From an archaeon (GTDB taxonomy: Archaea; Thermoproteota; Nitrososphaeria; Nitrososphaerales; Gagatemarchaeaceae): a DNA stretch of 22,261 nt. Under the pieces are notes generated by a model. The model was not told the origin of the DNA and did no database searches. It saw only the letters and a list, made by a program, of their open reading frames with translations. The first letter of the stretch is position 1, and every line of letters begins with the position of its first letter. Shown here piece by piece: positions 1 to 9,251 of the stretch. The translations under genes were made by a program, and so were the position numbers. The DNA lies in assembly GCA_902812495.1 (NCBI GenBank), contig CADDZR010000019.1:1-22261 (forward strand). The letters are read 5' to 3'.

Positions 1-64
1 TTATCTCTCGGCCTCATATTCCTCCCGATAACTCTATCAATATCATCTTTAATAGTATGCTGAC

Positions 65-817
65 TTGAAGATAACAAAGGAAAGAAGCTCCTTACTCTAC
101 AACAAATACCTCCTTGGTGCTGCGGGTATTATGTTGGCTGTGAGTACTCTAGAGCTCCTAGATATAGTTGAACTTCCTTTCGAGAACCTTTTCGGTAATT
201 CGCTGGCTGGAGGTCTCGCCAATTCAATAATCTCCTTCATGCAAAAAAATGCATATCCTGCTCTCTTTGTACTTATGTTTCTCGAGAGCGCCTCACTCCC
301 AATACCAAGCGAACTATACCTTCCCTTTGCTGGATACTTGATTTACACTGGCTCGATGAACTTCCCACTTGCTCTCATCGTTGCTACAGTATCAGGAACA
401 CTTGGTGCTCTAGTTGATTTCTACATAGGTCTGATCCTCGGAAGGGTCTTTGTCAGGCGGCTTGCGAGGTACTTTATGGTGTCTGAGGAGGGCATGGACA
501 GGGCTGAGAGATGGATAAACACAAAAGGATCATGGAGTGTATTTGCTGCAAGGTTCGTTCCAGGATTAAGGTCGATAATATCATTTCCAGCCGGCATCCT
601 TGATATGGAAAGGAAGAGGTTCATATTAACAACATCCTTAGGAACTTTTGGCTGGTCCCTGCTTCTTATTTATATTGGATTTGCAGCTGGAAAGCTCTGG
701 GAAACAGCTATATCAACAATAGAAAAGACAGCAAATCAGGCAGTTGTTGTTTTAATTGCCGCTCTTTCTGCGTCTTATATTGCGTACTACTTGAGAAAGG
801 CTAGACGGACCTCTTAG
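65..817 (+). CDS. DedA/SNARE-associated family membrane protein
   Basis: 250-aa ORF with several hydrophobic helices and DedA-like motifs: FLESASLPIPSELYLPFAGYL, GTLGALVDFYIGLILGR, FAARFVPGLRSIISFPAGILDM. Confidence 0.88.
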   Translation: MKITKERSSLLYNKYLLGAAGIMLAVSTLELLDIVELPFENLFGNSLAGGLANSIISFMQKNAYPALFVLMFLESASLPIPSELYLPFAGYLIYTGSMNFPLALIVATVSGTLGALVDFYIGLILGRVFVRRLARYFMVSEEGMDRAERWINTKGSWSVFAARFVPGLRSIISFPAGILDMERKRFILTTSLGTFGWSLLLIYIGFAAGKLWETAISTIEKTANQAVVVLIAALSASYIAYYLRKARRTS

Positions 818-1376
818 TTGCAACAACCCTTATCGTGCCAACGGACATCTCGCTTTTGTTTATGACGTAGCCGTAGCCTACTATTATTGATTTGAGGAAC
901 TCGTATGCACACTGTGTAGATTCTATCCTTCTTCCAGCTCCGACCACATCTATCTCAAGAGTGTTCTTATCTGGATGCGAGACGATGAACTTCTTTATAG
1001 GCAGGAGAAGCGTTAGATCTTTTGCGAGCTCTGCTAGCTTGTCTATGTCGCTGGCAACAATCTTGAGGAGTACAAGCATCTTCTGTCCAAGTTCAGCGAA
1101 CATTTTGAAGAGCTCATCCTTTTTCTGCTGGTAAAGCATGGCAATAAGCTCATCAACAAAATCAGAGGGTAACGTTATAACATCTACTTGCCTTAGAATT
1201 GAAGCAACCTTCCATATCCTGTATATCTCTTCCGGGTTACCACCTTCGGAGCATACCTTTGATACCATGGAGAGGGATTCGTTTGCAAAAGCGTACAGGG
1301 TTTTATTCTGTCTCCGTGCATGGTAAGAAAAATCGTTAAAGACATTCTCGTCGACTGCTATGTTAACCCTAGCCAT
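801..1376 (-). CDS. Conserved hypothetical protein, possible ribbon-helix-helix-like N-terminus (NIAVDENVFNDFSYHARRQNKTLYAFANESL)
   Basis: 191-aa soluble ORF. TATA-like A/T tract just upstream on the minus strand (about 1398-1412). Converges on the DedA gene with a 17-bp overlap of the two 3' ends. Confidence 0.7.
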   Translation of the reverse strand: MARVNIAVDENVFNDFSYHARRQNKTLYAFANESLSMVSKVCSEGGNPEEIYRIWKVASILRQVDVITLPSDFVDELIAMLYQQKKDELFKMFAELGQKMLVLLKIVASDIDKLAELAKDLTLLLPIKKFIVSHPDKNTLEIDVVGAGRRIESTQCAYEFLKSIIVGYGYVINKSEMSVGTIRVVATKRSV

Positions 1377-1452
1377 ACCACGGCATCATAACTACCATAT
1401 TTATCTTTAAAATACAACGTTATTATCCACCCATACTGCAACCCCTCACAGT

Positions 1453-1550
1453 GCGGTGGTCGTCTAGTCTGGTCTAGGACGGTAGCCTGCCACGCTACTG
1501 ACCCGGGAGGCTGTGAAAAGCAGTCCGGGAGTTCAAATCCCGGCCACCGC
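1453..1550 (+). tRNA. tRNA-Gly(GCC): tRNA-Gly(GCC), apparently interrupted by a 24-nt insertion between positions 53 and 54
   Basis: Acceptor GCGGTGG/CCACCGC; D-stem GTCT/GGAC; anticodon arm GTAGC-CTGCCAC-GCTAC with anticodon GCC at 1489-1491; T-arm CCGGG...TTCAAAT-CCCGG is normal only if 1508-1531 is removed (98 nt becomes 74 nt). No encoded CCA. Confidence 0.88.
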
Positions 1551-1670
1551 ATCTTTATCGATACTTAACCTTGTCAATCATAAAGCGTAAAAATGGTTTC
1601 AATTTTTGTGGTTAAAGAAATTAATTATTTCAAGAGCATTAATTTAAAAGGAACGGTAAAGAATAGCTGT

Positions 1671-2207
1671 GTGTTGCAGCAGATAAAACCTGATGTCCGA
1701 CCTGTCGCTTTCCTCAACCTACTGGTTTACTTAGTTTTTGTAGCTGTTTTTGATATATTTGCTCTCATATTTTATAATCCTATAAACAGATTTTTTCAAA
1801 ATTTTTCAGTTACCTTCTGGCTTGCCCTCCTTGTTTTTGACTTTTTAGTCATTCTAGTGGGCATGCTTAGGTTTGTAAGGCTTTATTGGTACAGAAGGTT
1901 CCACACATATGTGATATCTGATGATTCACTGAATCTGCTAAGCGGTGTCTTATCGAAAAAGGAGTTCCGTATACCCTATAACAACATATCTGCAGTCGAG
2001 GTAATTCTCCCTTTCAGCCTACGCATCTTTAACCTTGGTGTGTTACGAGTTGAAACAAATGACAGGAACAGATACTTTCTTCATTTCATAAGAAATCCAA
2101 AAGCTGTTGCGGATTTAATTCTCGGACAAGTAAGAGCGGAAGAAAAACAGACAAAGGATATGGCAGAAACGTTGAGAAGAATAGAAGATGAGCTAAAGAA
2201 AGAATAA
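1671..2207 (+). CDS. Membrane protein with bacterial-type PH domain (bPH2/YdbS-like)
   Basis: Track ORF runs 1593-2207. Two TM helices are followed by YVISDDSLNLLSGVLSKKEFRIPYNNISAVEV...LRIFNLGVLRVET, typical of the bPH2 domain. A TATA-like element (aatttaaaagg, about 1641-1651) favours a leaderless GTG/TTG start near 1671/1674. Confidence 0.72.
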   Translation: MLQQIKPDVRPVAFLNLLVYLVFVAVFDIFALIFYNPINRFFQNFSVTFWLALLVFDFLVILVGMLRFVRLYWYRRFHTYVISDDSLNLLSGVLSKKEFRIPYNNISAVEVILPFSLRIFNLGVLRVETNDRNRYFLHFIRNPKAVADLILGQVRAEEKQTKDMAETLRRIEDELKKE

Positions 2208-2218
2208 CTGGGTTTGTT

Positions 2219-3376
2219 TTAAAATTCCTTCTGTGGATTTATTAGCTCAAAGAAAATACGCGCTATTTCCTTGTCCTTTTTTGTTTTATCAAGTATATCC
2301 ATCAACCTGCTCTGGACCTCGTCTGTGAATTCGTCTGCAAATTTTGCTGAAAGGTTTACAGCACTGTCAACAAGGTCCAAGGCCATCGGCAGGTTCGTTG
2401 CCTCATTGAAAAATCCGTCTTGCGATATTAGCTTAAAAACATCCTCCTTCATTTTTTCTGGAAACTCTATTTCGCAAGGCGGCATACTTTCGTAGTTTCT
2501 AACCTGCATCCTTCTGAGACTTGAGAAGGGCTCTTTTGAAAAACCAAACTCCTCAAAAGGTCTATACGTTTTCAGCCTTGCTTCGTCTATGAAATTATCT
2601 GGAAGTTTCCCCTTTGATGCTAGGTTTGCTATATAGCTGTAAACAGGCACGGGTTCCTTTCCAACAATAGACTCGTATTCGAATACTGATCTCGTAGGCA
2701 TGACTGAAGCGAGGATCAGCTTGTCTATCACTGATGAGAGTTGTGTCTTCTTACCTTTTGAAAGAAGGTAGCCACCTATTGCTCTTGTCCTGCTTCTCTT
2801 TATGACACCTACAACCCTACCGCTCTCTACAAGCTCGCTTGTCGTGCTGTAAGTATCCTCTATCACCCTAAGGTGGTTGTCTGAGGTGTAGCCTTCCTTC
2901 ATCATCTTAATTGCTGTGTATAGAAAGCCGTAAAATGCACCGTCGAGTACAACGAAATCAGCGTTTGAAAGCGCTTTCTTTGCAAACCTCCTTTCCTCAA
3001 GGGCACTGTTCAGGTCAAACATGTAGATGCTCTCATCTTGTGAAAGTGCCTGTTTTCTCTTGAAGAAGCCTGCTCCAAACTCATCATGCCTTTCTTTTCC
3101 ATACAAATAAGTTGCTCCGACAGCAAACACACCATACCTTATACCGAGCCTTTGACTAAGCCTTGGAGAGCGGGAACCGTCAACTGCGGCAATTCTGTAC
3201 CTCTCGCCCGATGTTCCATAAATTCTCAGGTTTTTTTGTACTATTTCTTTTACAGCAGATAACTCCTTTACAAGCTCATCAAGTATCTCTGCAACCTTAG
3301 AAGTTTCTTTCTCTGCTATTTCAAAAAATTTATGCTGCAGGTCATGTGGTAACTTAATCCATTCTATCTCTGACAT
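2219..3376 (-). CDS. nurA: NurA-family 5'-3' nuclease
   Basis: IAAVDGSRSPR...GIRYGVFAVGATYLYG and DLNSALEERRFAKKALSNADFVVLDGAFYG match NurA motifs. The track ORF opens at 3502, but MSEIEWIKL (start 3376) immediately follows the herA stop at 3379. Confidence 0.88.
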   Translation of the reverse strand: MSEIEWIKLPHDLQHKFFEIAEKETSKVAEILDELVKELSAVKEIVQKNLRIYGTSGERYRIAAVDGSRSPRLSQRLGIRYGVFAVGATYLYGKERHDEFGAGFFKRKQALSQDESIYMFDLNSALEERRFAKKALSNADFVVLDGAFYGFLYTAIKMMKEGYTSDNHLRVIEDTYSTTSELVESGRVVGVIKRSRTRAIGGYLLSKGKKTQLSSVIDKLILASVMPTRSVFEYESIVGKEPVPVYSYIANLASKGKLPDNFIDEARLKTYRPFEEFGFSKEPFSSLRRMQVRNYESMPPCEIEFPEKMKEDVFKLISQDGFFNEATNLPMALDLVDSAVNLSAKFADEFTDEVQSRLMDILDKTKKDKEIARIFFELINPQKEF

Positions 3377-3378
3377 TC

Positions 3379-4824
3379 TTATCCCGGCTTGTATGTTATC
3401 AGGAGAGGTATTGGAGACGGGTTCATTGCTCCTGCGAAGTAGAACTTCCCGGGCTTGAGTTGAAGCAGTGTATCGGCCGTTATACCGTAGGGCGAAAGCC
3501 ATTCTGATGCACCTCCTTCTCCTCCCGCATCCAAAGGATGTATTCTCCCGAAGAATTGTGTGTTTAGGTTCCTCCTTACAGACGCATTTATCCCTATCTC
3601 GCCCTTTATTCCTTGGGCTATCAAGACAAGGCAGAGCTTTCTCTTCCTCCCAAGTGCTGCAATGTTCTTTATCATCTCAGTTGTATCGCTCTGTATTCCC
3701 TTCGGTTCCCAAGGCGCGTACTGCGGCGCCTCATCTATGATGAGAGCAAGGTTGACTTCCGTCCCTCTCTCCATAACATCGTACAAATACCTTGCGAGTG
3801 ATAGAAAGATTCCGAGCTTTGCTTCAGATGTGACACCACTCATGTCAATTACCATCAGATCCTCTAGCTTTCCTATCATTTCTTCGATATCCTTTGTTCC
3901 CATTATCTGTTTCAGGTCAGATGGTTTCAGTTTCCTTTTAACGCGGGAGAGCTCTCTTAAAGCAGAGTTTTGGTGGTCCTTTCTTTCCACGTTACCTTCT
4001 ATGTACTCCTTCACCCTGTTCATCAGTTCATAGTAGAGCTTTTCTTCATCCCTTATTTTAGAGACAGTTGATTCCCATCCAATTATTGCCTCGTCAAAGG
4101 CATTTTCCAAGTTCATGTTCTTGCTGAAGTTCTTTGCCTTGTCCTTTAGATAGCTCATCACAGACTCTTCGTCAAGAGCAATATCCGATATTGTTGTTAT
4201 CTTTCCACCGTAATACGGTACATAGTCGGTGCCACTCCAGTCAAGTATTAAGACTCTGTAACCTGCTTTCCTCAGAAGGGGTACGAGTATGAATCTTGTA
4301 AACCATGATTTACCGCTCCCCGTTGAGCCATATATCGCTATGTGGTAAGGAATGTATGTTTTATCGACAGGTATTTTCCAGCTTTCATGCCCATCTAAAT
4401 AAGCATCAGTCCAAACACAGTCCTTACCCTTTGCAAGCCATTCCATCGGATTATCAGCATCCTCGAGAAGGTAGACAGGCGACCTAGGCTGTATTATCGA
4501 CCTGTTTGGCTCAACCCCCGAATCTCCTGAAACTGCTCCAATTGGCCTTATGCTAAAGGAATAAATTTCTCTCGCGCTAGATGGTTCACCTCCATATTTC
4601 ATATAGGCAACGTCAGGCTTGTAGGATGAGATGCTAAGGAATTCATTTTTCCCTAACCCCTCTCTAAGTACGCCAAGTATCTCGTTTGTTGTATTCTGTT
4701 CTCCTCCATTTTTAATCAAAACAAGCTCTTCCGCTGTAAGGCTTCTCTCGAGATCTTTCAGGAGAATGAGCCTTGCAGAAGTTTCGGTTGAGCCGTCTGC
4801 TACCCTACCTATCAGTTTCAACAT
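3379..4824 (-). CDS. herA: HerA-type hexameric DNA translocase/helicase
   Basis: Walker A IAIYGSTGSGKSWFTR; Walker B LALIIDEAPQYAP; later FFGRIHPLDAGGEGG; directly upstream of nurA in the same orientation; TATA-like aatttataaatat just upstream. Confidence 0.9.
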   Translation of the reverse strand: MLKLIGRVADGSTETSARLILLKDLERSLTAEELVLIKNGGEQNTTNEILGVLREGLGKNEFLSISSYKPDVAYMKYGGEPSSAREIYSFSIRPIGAVSGDSGVEPNRSIIQPRSPVYLLEDADNPMEWLAKGKDCVWTDAYLDGHESWKIPVDKTYIPYHIAIYGSTGSGKSWFTRFILVPLLRKAGYRVLILDWSGTDYVPYYGGKITTISDIALDEESVMSYLKDKAKNFSKNMNLENAFDEAIIGWESTVSKIRDEEKLYYELMNRVKEYIEGNVERKDHQNSALRELSRVKRKLKPSDLKQIMGTKDIEEMIGKLEDLMVIDMSGVTSEAKLGIFLSLARYLYDVMERGTEVNLALIIDEAPQYAPWEPKGIQSDTTEMIKNIAALGRKRKLCLVLIAQGIKGEIGINASVRRNLNTQFFGRIHPLDAGGEGGASEWLSPYGITADTLLQLKPGKFYFAGAMNPSPIPLLITYKPG

Positions 4825-4933
4825 TTATTATTTGTTTCTTCCAATTTATAAATATATTTGCAGCATGCATGGTTCAAACATATCTGCCAAATAACATAAC
4901 AATTTTTTCCCAAGCTGAGAGGAGGCAAGTGCC

Positions 4934-5605
4934 ATGCAGGAAAAGGAGAGGATAGTTCATTCTTGGAGTGGCGGTAAGGACAGCAGCATCGCTCTTTACA
5001 AGGTAGTTAGCTCAGGTTTATACAAACCCGTAAGGTTACTCACTACGGCCACTTATGATTATAAGAGGGTAAGCATGCACGGAGTTAGGCTTGAGCTAGC
5101 ATTTATGCAGGCTGAATCCATAGGGTTACCACTGGATGTCGTATATCTTAGCAGAAATGCGACAAATGAGGAGTACGAAAGTAAAATGAGAGCGGCTCTC
5201 ACCAAGTACAAAGAAGATGGAATATCAAAAGTGTCTTTTGGTGATATTTTCCTTGAGGATATAAGAAAGTACAGGGAAACTAGGATGGCAGAGATAGGAA
5301 TGGGTTGCGTATTTCCAATATGGGGAAAGGACACAAAGGACCTCGCGTTTGAAATAATAAAACTAGGTTTCAAGGCAATAATATGTACAGTGGATTCGAG
5401 GAAGCTCGGAAAGGAATTCGCTGGTAGGATGTACGACCTAGAACTGCTTAAGAGCCTTCCGAAAGACGTTGATCCGTGCGGTGAAAGGGGCGAGTTTCAT
5501 ACATTTGTCTTTGATGGCCCAATTTTTCGCAACAGAATTGCTGTTAAAAAAGGAGAAACAGTTCTGCGGGATTCTTTCTATTTCACAGACCTTCTGCCAG
5601 CTTAA
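4934..5605 (+). CDS. dph6: Diphthine--ammonia ligase-like PP-loop ATPase (Dph6 family)
   Basis: N-terminal PP-loop SWSGGKDSSIALYK; GVSFGDIFLEDIRKYRE; VDPCGERGEFHTFVFDGP, the characteristic Dph6/ATP-binding family signature. Confidence 0.88.
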   Translation: MQEKERIVHSWSGGKDSSIALYKVVSSGLYKPVRLLTTATYDYKRVSMHGVRLELAFMQAESIGLPLDVVYLSRNATNEEYESKMRAALTKYKEDGISKVSFGDIFLEDIRKYRETRMAEIGMGCVFPIWGKDTKDLAFEIIKLGFKAIICTVDSRKLGKEFAGRMYDLELLKSLPKDVDPCGERGEFHTFVFDGPIFRNRIAVKKGETVLRDSFYFTDLLPA

Positions 5606-5618
5606 CAATTCTATAAAA

Positions 5619-6116
5619 CTAAGGCGGTAACTGCATCATTGTTGCGATGAATAGTATTACAACCATCAAAACAAGATTAAGAGCAGAGACGACTCTGCTT
5701 CTCCTTCTTACTCTGCTCAGCCCTTCTACGTTTTTCTGGGATGCGAAATTGATTATCTTCTTTCCATAGTAAACATTATGGACGTAAATGAAAACCAGAA
5801 GAATAAGCACAAGAAACACTTTGACAAGCAAGAGCTGCCCTTGGTACGTGTTATACAGCGCGTTCATTGAAGGTAAATACCAGTAAGCGTTGTAAATTCC
5901 TGTAAGGATCAGAGCCACAAGGATATGTGTAGTTATCCTTCCAAACCTTCTGGCAACCTTTCCCACAATTTCTGTCCTCTCCGCCTCGTTCTCTGTTATT
6001 GTCCTAGAGGCTGGCACCACAACTAGCCACATGAAGAAAGAACCACCCACAAAAAGAACTGCACTGAATAGATGGGCCCAGAGCATCACAGTGTTGAGAA
6101 CAGAAATAAGGTCCAT
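5619..6116 (-). CDS. CopD-like four-helix membrane protein
   Basis: 165 aa, about 4 TM helices, conserved-type membrane His (LWAHLFSAVLFVGG, THILVALILTGIYNAYW) reminiscent of CopD/DUF2269-type proteins. Confidence 0.55.
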   Translation of the reverse strand: MDLISVLNTVMLWAHLFSAVLFVGGSFFMWLVVVPASRTITENEAERTEIVGKVARRFGRITTHILVALILTGIYNAYWYLPSMNALYNTYQGQLLLVKVFLVLILLVFIYVHNVYYGKKIINFASQKNVEGLSRVRRRSRVVSALNLVLMVVILFIATMMQLPP

Positions 6117-6205
6117 TACTTCACGCGTTTAGAATCAAGGCCTATAAGTGCTTTCTTGAATAAGGTTTAATTAGATTTAATTACTTTTGAAGGCCATCTT
6201 GTGCC

Positions 6206-6469
6206 ATGAGCGAGTCTGAGGAACCGGAACCGCAGCGGAGCCTTAAGAGAATAATATGGCAGTACGAAAATTGTTTATCCTGCGTTTGGTTTCTTCCAAA
6301 CGATCCGATAAACGCTGACCTTCTTGAGAGAGGAAAGTGTACGCATCCAAAACTGAAGGACTTCGAACTCATTGTTTCAGGCAGGGACTGGTGCAATCTC
6401 TACAAAGAAATAAGGCAGAGGCATATCGATGTTCTTCAGGAGAAAGCGATGAAAAAAGAAAAGAGCTAG
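6206..6469 (+). CDS. Small Cys-containing protein, putative metal/Fe-S site
   Basis: 87 aa with CLSC...KCTHP...WCNLYK spacing; preceded by an A/T-rich promoter-like tract (gtttaattagatttaattac). Confidence 0.6.
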   Translation: MSESEEPEPQRSLKRIIWQYENCLSCVWFLPNDPINADLLERGKCTHPKLKDFELIVSGRDWCNLYKEIRQRHIDVLQEKAMKKEKS

Positions 6470-6624
6470 AGAGTGACTCAGCATTGCATGCGTGATGCAT
6501 GTTCGTCTTCGTTTATTCTAGTTCCCGTTACTGTTACTTCCCTTTTATGTTATGCATAATAGGTAATGAGAGTCTTTCCCGAATACAATCCCAAAAGACC
6601 TTAGGGGCCACATTTATTCTTTCC

Positions 6625-7029
6625 TTAGAACTCCGTCTGCACCAACTTGGCTGTATTCACCATTTCTTTAGCTGCCCTAGTGTATCTCATTATCTTTATC
6701 ATTGAACCATCAAGCCTGAATTTTCCAGTTAAAATTCCCTGAATCGGGTCCACCTCTTTGTTTATCAACTTTTTCCAATTTGAGTAAGAACCCCTGTACG
6801 TGAAGGCTGCTTTGGGAACCTCCTCTGGATTCTCAGCGTAAAGAGCCTTTCTACATTCACCATGGTAGAGATCAAGGTAAATGTAAACGTTTTTTGGAAA
6901 TTCTTTGTCCTTCTCTACTATGAGGATTATGTCGCCCTCCCAATTAGTTGCTGCATCCCTGTAGGCTTGGTTCTCGTTTAGCTTTCTTACAAATTCTTCA
7001 ACCCAATCACTGCTCGGAAACTTGACCAT
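6625..7029 (-). CDS. SCP2-like sterol-carrier domain protein
   Basis: MVKFPSSDWVEEFVRKLNENQAYRDAATNWEGDIILIVE...LYHGECR...GILTGKFRLDGSMIKIMRYTRAAKEMV is an SCP2-like pattern. Track ORF opens at 7053; MVKFPSS start at 7029 preferred. Confidence 0.75.
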   Translation of the reverse strand: MVKFPSSDWVEEFVRKLNENQAYRDAATNWEGDIILIVEKDKEFPKNVYIYLDLYHGECRKALYAENPEEVPKAAFTYRGSYSNWKKLINKEVDPIQGILTGKFRLDGSMIKIMRYTRAAKEMVNTAKLVQTEF

Positions 7030-7476
7030 TATCTTAGCACATTGATTGAGCAACCTTCAGCTAATTTTAAGTTTTTCCGCACCAGACAATAGACACGCAG
7101 CAGATGCAAAAATAAGCAGAATATTAGATGCTCTTACACGCATGTTCCACCGATGCGGGAGAATAATATAATGTTAAATGTCTTTTATAAAATCAGTATA
7201 ATTGCCTTTAGCCTAAACCGTCTTATACAAGGTTGCAACAGTCATCTGGGCAATATTAGCACTCGCAACCGGGTTGAACATGGCAAGTGTTTGGATCTCC
7301 TTTGCAGCGATGCTCTAACGAGATCGAGTCAATTTGACGGGGTAATGCTAGCCCTTTTTCTTTAATTTGTATCATCAACAATTATTCCAAAAATCCTAAC
7401 ATGAGAACCTGAAAAATTATTTGAAACCCTGTTCAAAAAACACGATTTAAGTCCAAACTGGGGAAAAGGTACTGGC

Positions 7477-8928
7477 ATGAGCAAAAATACAGTAGCAAAG
7501 GCAGCTTTCGTTGCCGCCGCAATAGCTGTAGCGGCAATAATAGCTATCTCTTCCCTATCATTAAACAAAAACGGAACACAGCAACAGGGCAGCGGAACGC
7601 TTTCCGTGCTTCTTACAGATCCGCCACATCTGCCTGCAAACGTGACAAACGTTTACATGTCGTTCTCGAGCATGAAGATACACAATACAGAAGCAGAGGA
7701 TAACAGCAGCGGGTGGTTCACAGTAGCCAGTTCAGGAACAGTAGACCTAACAAAGGTTATCAACCTGAGCAAAGTGATAGCTGTTGCAAGTGTTCCGTCT
7801 GGGGAATACAACCTTCTAAGATTCAACATAACTTCTGTCGTTGTTACATACAGTGGTAAGAACTACACAGCCTCAACACCGTCCAAATCCCTCACAGTAA
7901 CCATACATCCAAAGCTTGAAGTCGAAGATAACAAGCTTGCTGCAACGATAATCGACATATCTCCAACAGTCTTGAATACAGGAACACGTTCGTCGCCTTC
8001 ATTTGTACTGCTTCCTGCGGCGCATGCATCGCCAGTCCCTAAGAACGATCTCTCAGAAGATATGGAACACGAGGGAAGGGACGTTGACCTAAGAGGGCAT
8101 GCATGGTGGAAGCAGCTTGAGGATGAGTTCAACACAACAATCTCCATAACCTCAGAATCCCTCTCTTCAAACTCGCTTTCTGTTACTGTAAAGGATACAG
8201 CCAACAGCAGTACAACACTCAGGCTAGTGGTTGTGACTCCAGTTGAAGCATCCATGCCAAGTTCCTCGCATCACCAACATGAGGGGGACGAAAAGGAGGT
8301 TCCTCTCTTCTTCCATGCAGCTGTCTTTCTGGTGGAGAAGAATGGTTCGCTAATGCCTGTCTACAAGCTTCTTAACATAGCAGAGGCTACAAACTCTGAT
8401 GAACCATTCGACGAAGCAATGCACATGCTCTCAACCTTCGGCTACAACTTGAGCTCTGGTCAGAGTGTAACACTGTCATACACAGGGCCTGTTATCCTAT
8501 TCCCACCCTCCTCTGTAACGTCTTCTTCTGGTATCTCGCCCTTCATAGTTACAGGAAAAGAATACAGGATAACGGTCATAGGTACAGACTCTATAGCGTC
8601 AACACTAGTAAACGCATCCTCTGCCCAGGGGAACACAAACGGTGTCTCATTTTACGTTGTCAGCTCGGGAATACACGACGATAGAATTTTCCTACTCGTT
8701 CTCAACACGGGCACGGAAACTCTCACATCATACAAAATAGCGTTCCAGTCAGGTCAGAACATTTCATCTTCAATCAGGACATTGCAGCCAGGCGAGGCAA
8801 CACTAATAACTGAAACACTTCCTTTCCATGTTCCAGATAACACAAAGTCCATAACTATATCTCTTACAATGTACACCACAAACGCGACTTCTGCAACAGA
8901 AACGTTTCAGGTGCAGGTCTTGGGCTGA
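7477..8928 (+). CDS. Exported DUF4382-domain protein (paralog A)
   Basis: N-terminal hydrophobic anchor, then GTLSVLLTDPPHLPANVTNVYMSFSSMKIHN (DUF4382-like); extended Thr/Ser-rich C-terminal region with His/acid-rich patches. Confidence 0.75.
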   Translation: MSKNTVAKAAFVAAAIAVAAIIAISSLSLNKNGTQQQGSGTLSVLLTDPPHLPANVTNVYMSFSSMKIHNTEAEDNSSGWFTVASSGTVDLTKVINLSKVIAVASVPSGEYNLLRFNITSVVVTYSGKNYTASTPSKSLTVTIHPKLEVEDNKLAATIIDISPTVLNTGTRSSPSFVLLPAAHASPVPKNDLSEDMEHEGRDVDLRGHAWWKQLEDEFNTTISITSESLSSNSLSVTVKDTANSSTTLRLVVVTPVEASMPSSSHHQHEGDEKEVPLFFHAAVFLVEKNGSLMPVYKLLNIAEATNSDEPFDEAMHMLSTFGYNLSSGQSVTLSYTGPVILFPPSSVTSSSGISPFIVTGKEYRITVIGTDSIASTLVNASSAQGNTNGVSFYVVSSGIHDDRIFLLVLNTGTETLTSYKIAFQSGQNISSSIRTLQPGEATLITETLPFHVPDNTKSITISLTMYTTNATSATETFQVQVLG

Positions 8929-8936
8929 CCTGCACA

Positions 8937-8953
8937 GCATTTTTCTTTTTAAT
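8937..8953 (+). terminator. T-rich tract downstream of DUF4382 gene A
   Basis: catttttcttttt directly after the stop codon; T-rich tracts are associated with archaeal termination. Confidence 0.35.
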
Positions 8954-9251
8954 CGTCAAGATTTCACGCGGTTTCACAGGCTGTCCATGGGAACCGTCCA
9001 AGTGGGTTGCTTTATTAGGCACAAAGCTTGTTGCGCTCATGGCATTTGTAACATACCAACCTGCTGCTAAGTTCGCTTCAAACCTGAGTGTCGTATAGAC
9101 TCTAGAAAACTAGTCCTCCTTCTATGTTGAGACAATTATTGCACTAGGGTTGATGTCTTTCCTATGTGCAGAAGAAGGATATGCATCCACAGGCAAAAAA
9201 GAGGGGAGCTTGCACGGACCGTCGGCGTCGCAACTGAAAGGGTGTAGACCT

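Noticed and set aside
1-17. Possible minus-strand gene start (GGGAGGAATATGAGGCCG..) at the left edge
   Set aside because: Only five codons visible; cannot be evaluated.
1358-1552. 64-aa minus-strand ORF
   Set aside because: It is entirely the antisense of the tRNA-Gly gene and its promoter; no protein signal.
3560-4033. 157-aa plus-strand ORF and other plus ORFs inside herA
   Set aside because: Antisense shadow frames; the herA frame has clear Walker motifs.
2219-4824. HerA-NurA as part of a defence or novel system
   Set aside because: Arrangement and motifs match the ordinary archaeal DNA end-resection pair; no associated defence effector genes are visible in the window.
6478-6506. GCATG-rich repeats (GCATTGCATGCGTGATGCATG)
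   Set aside because: Short, imperfect and similar in size to chance palindromes; no relation to a promoter that I can support.
7362-7568. 68-aa minus-strand ORF, and 7153..7365 plus-strand ORF
   Set aside because: The first overlaps the start of DUF4382 gene A antisense. The second has no recognisable motif and is most likely noise in a 420-bp intergenic region.
7863-8255. 130-aa antisense ORF in DUF4382 gene A
   Set aside because: Shadow ORF of a Ser/Thr-rich coding region.
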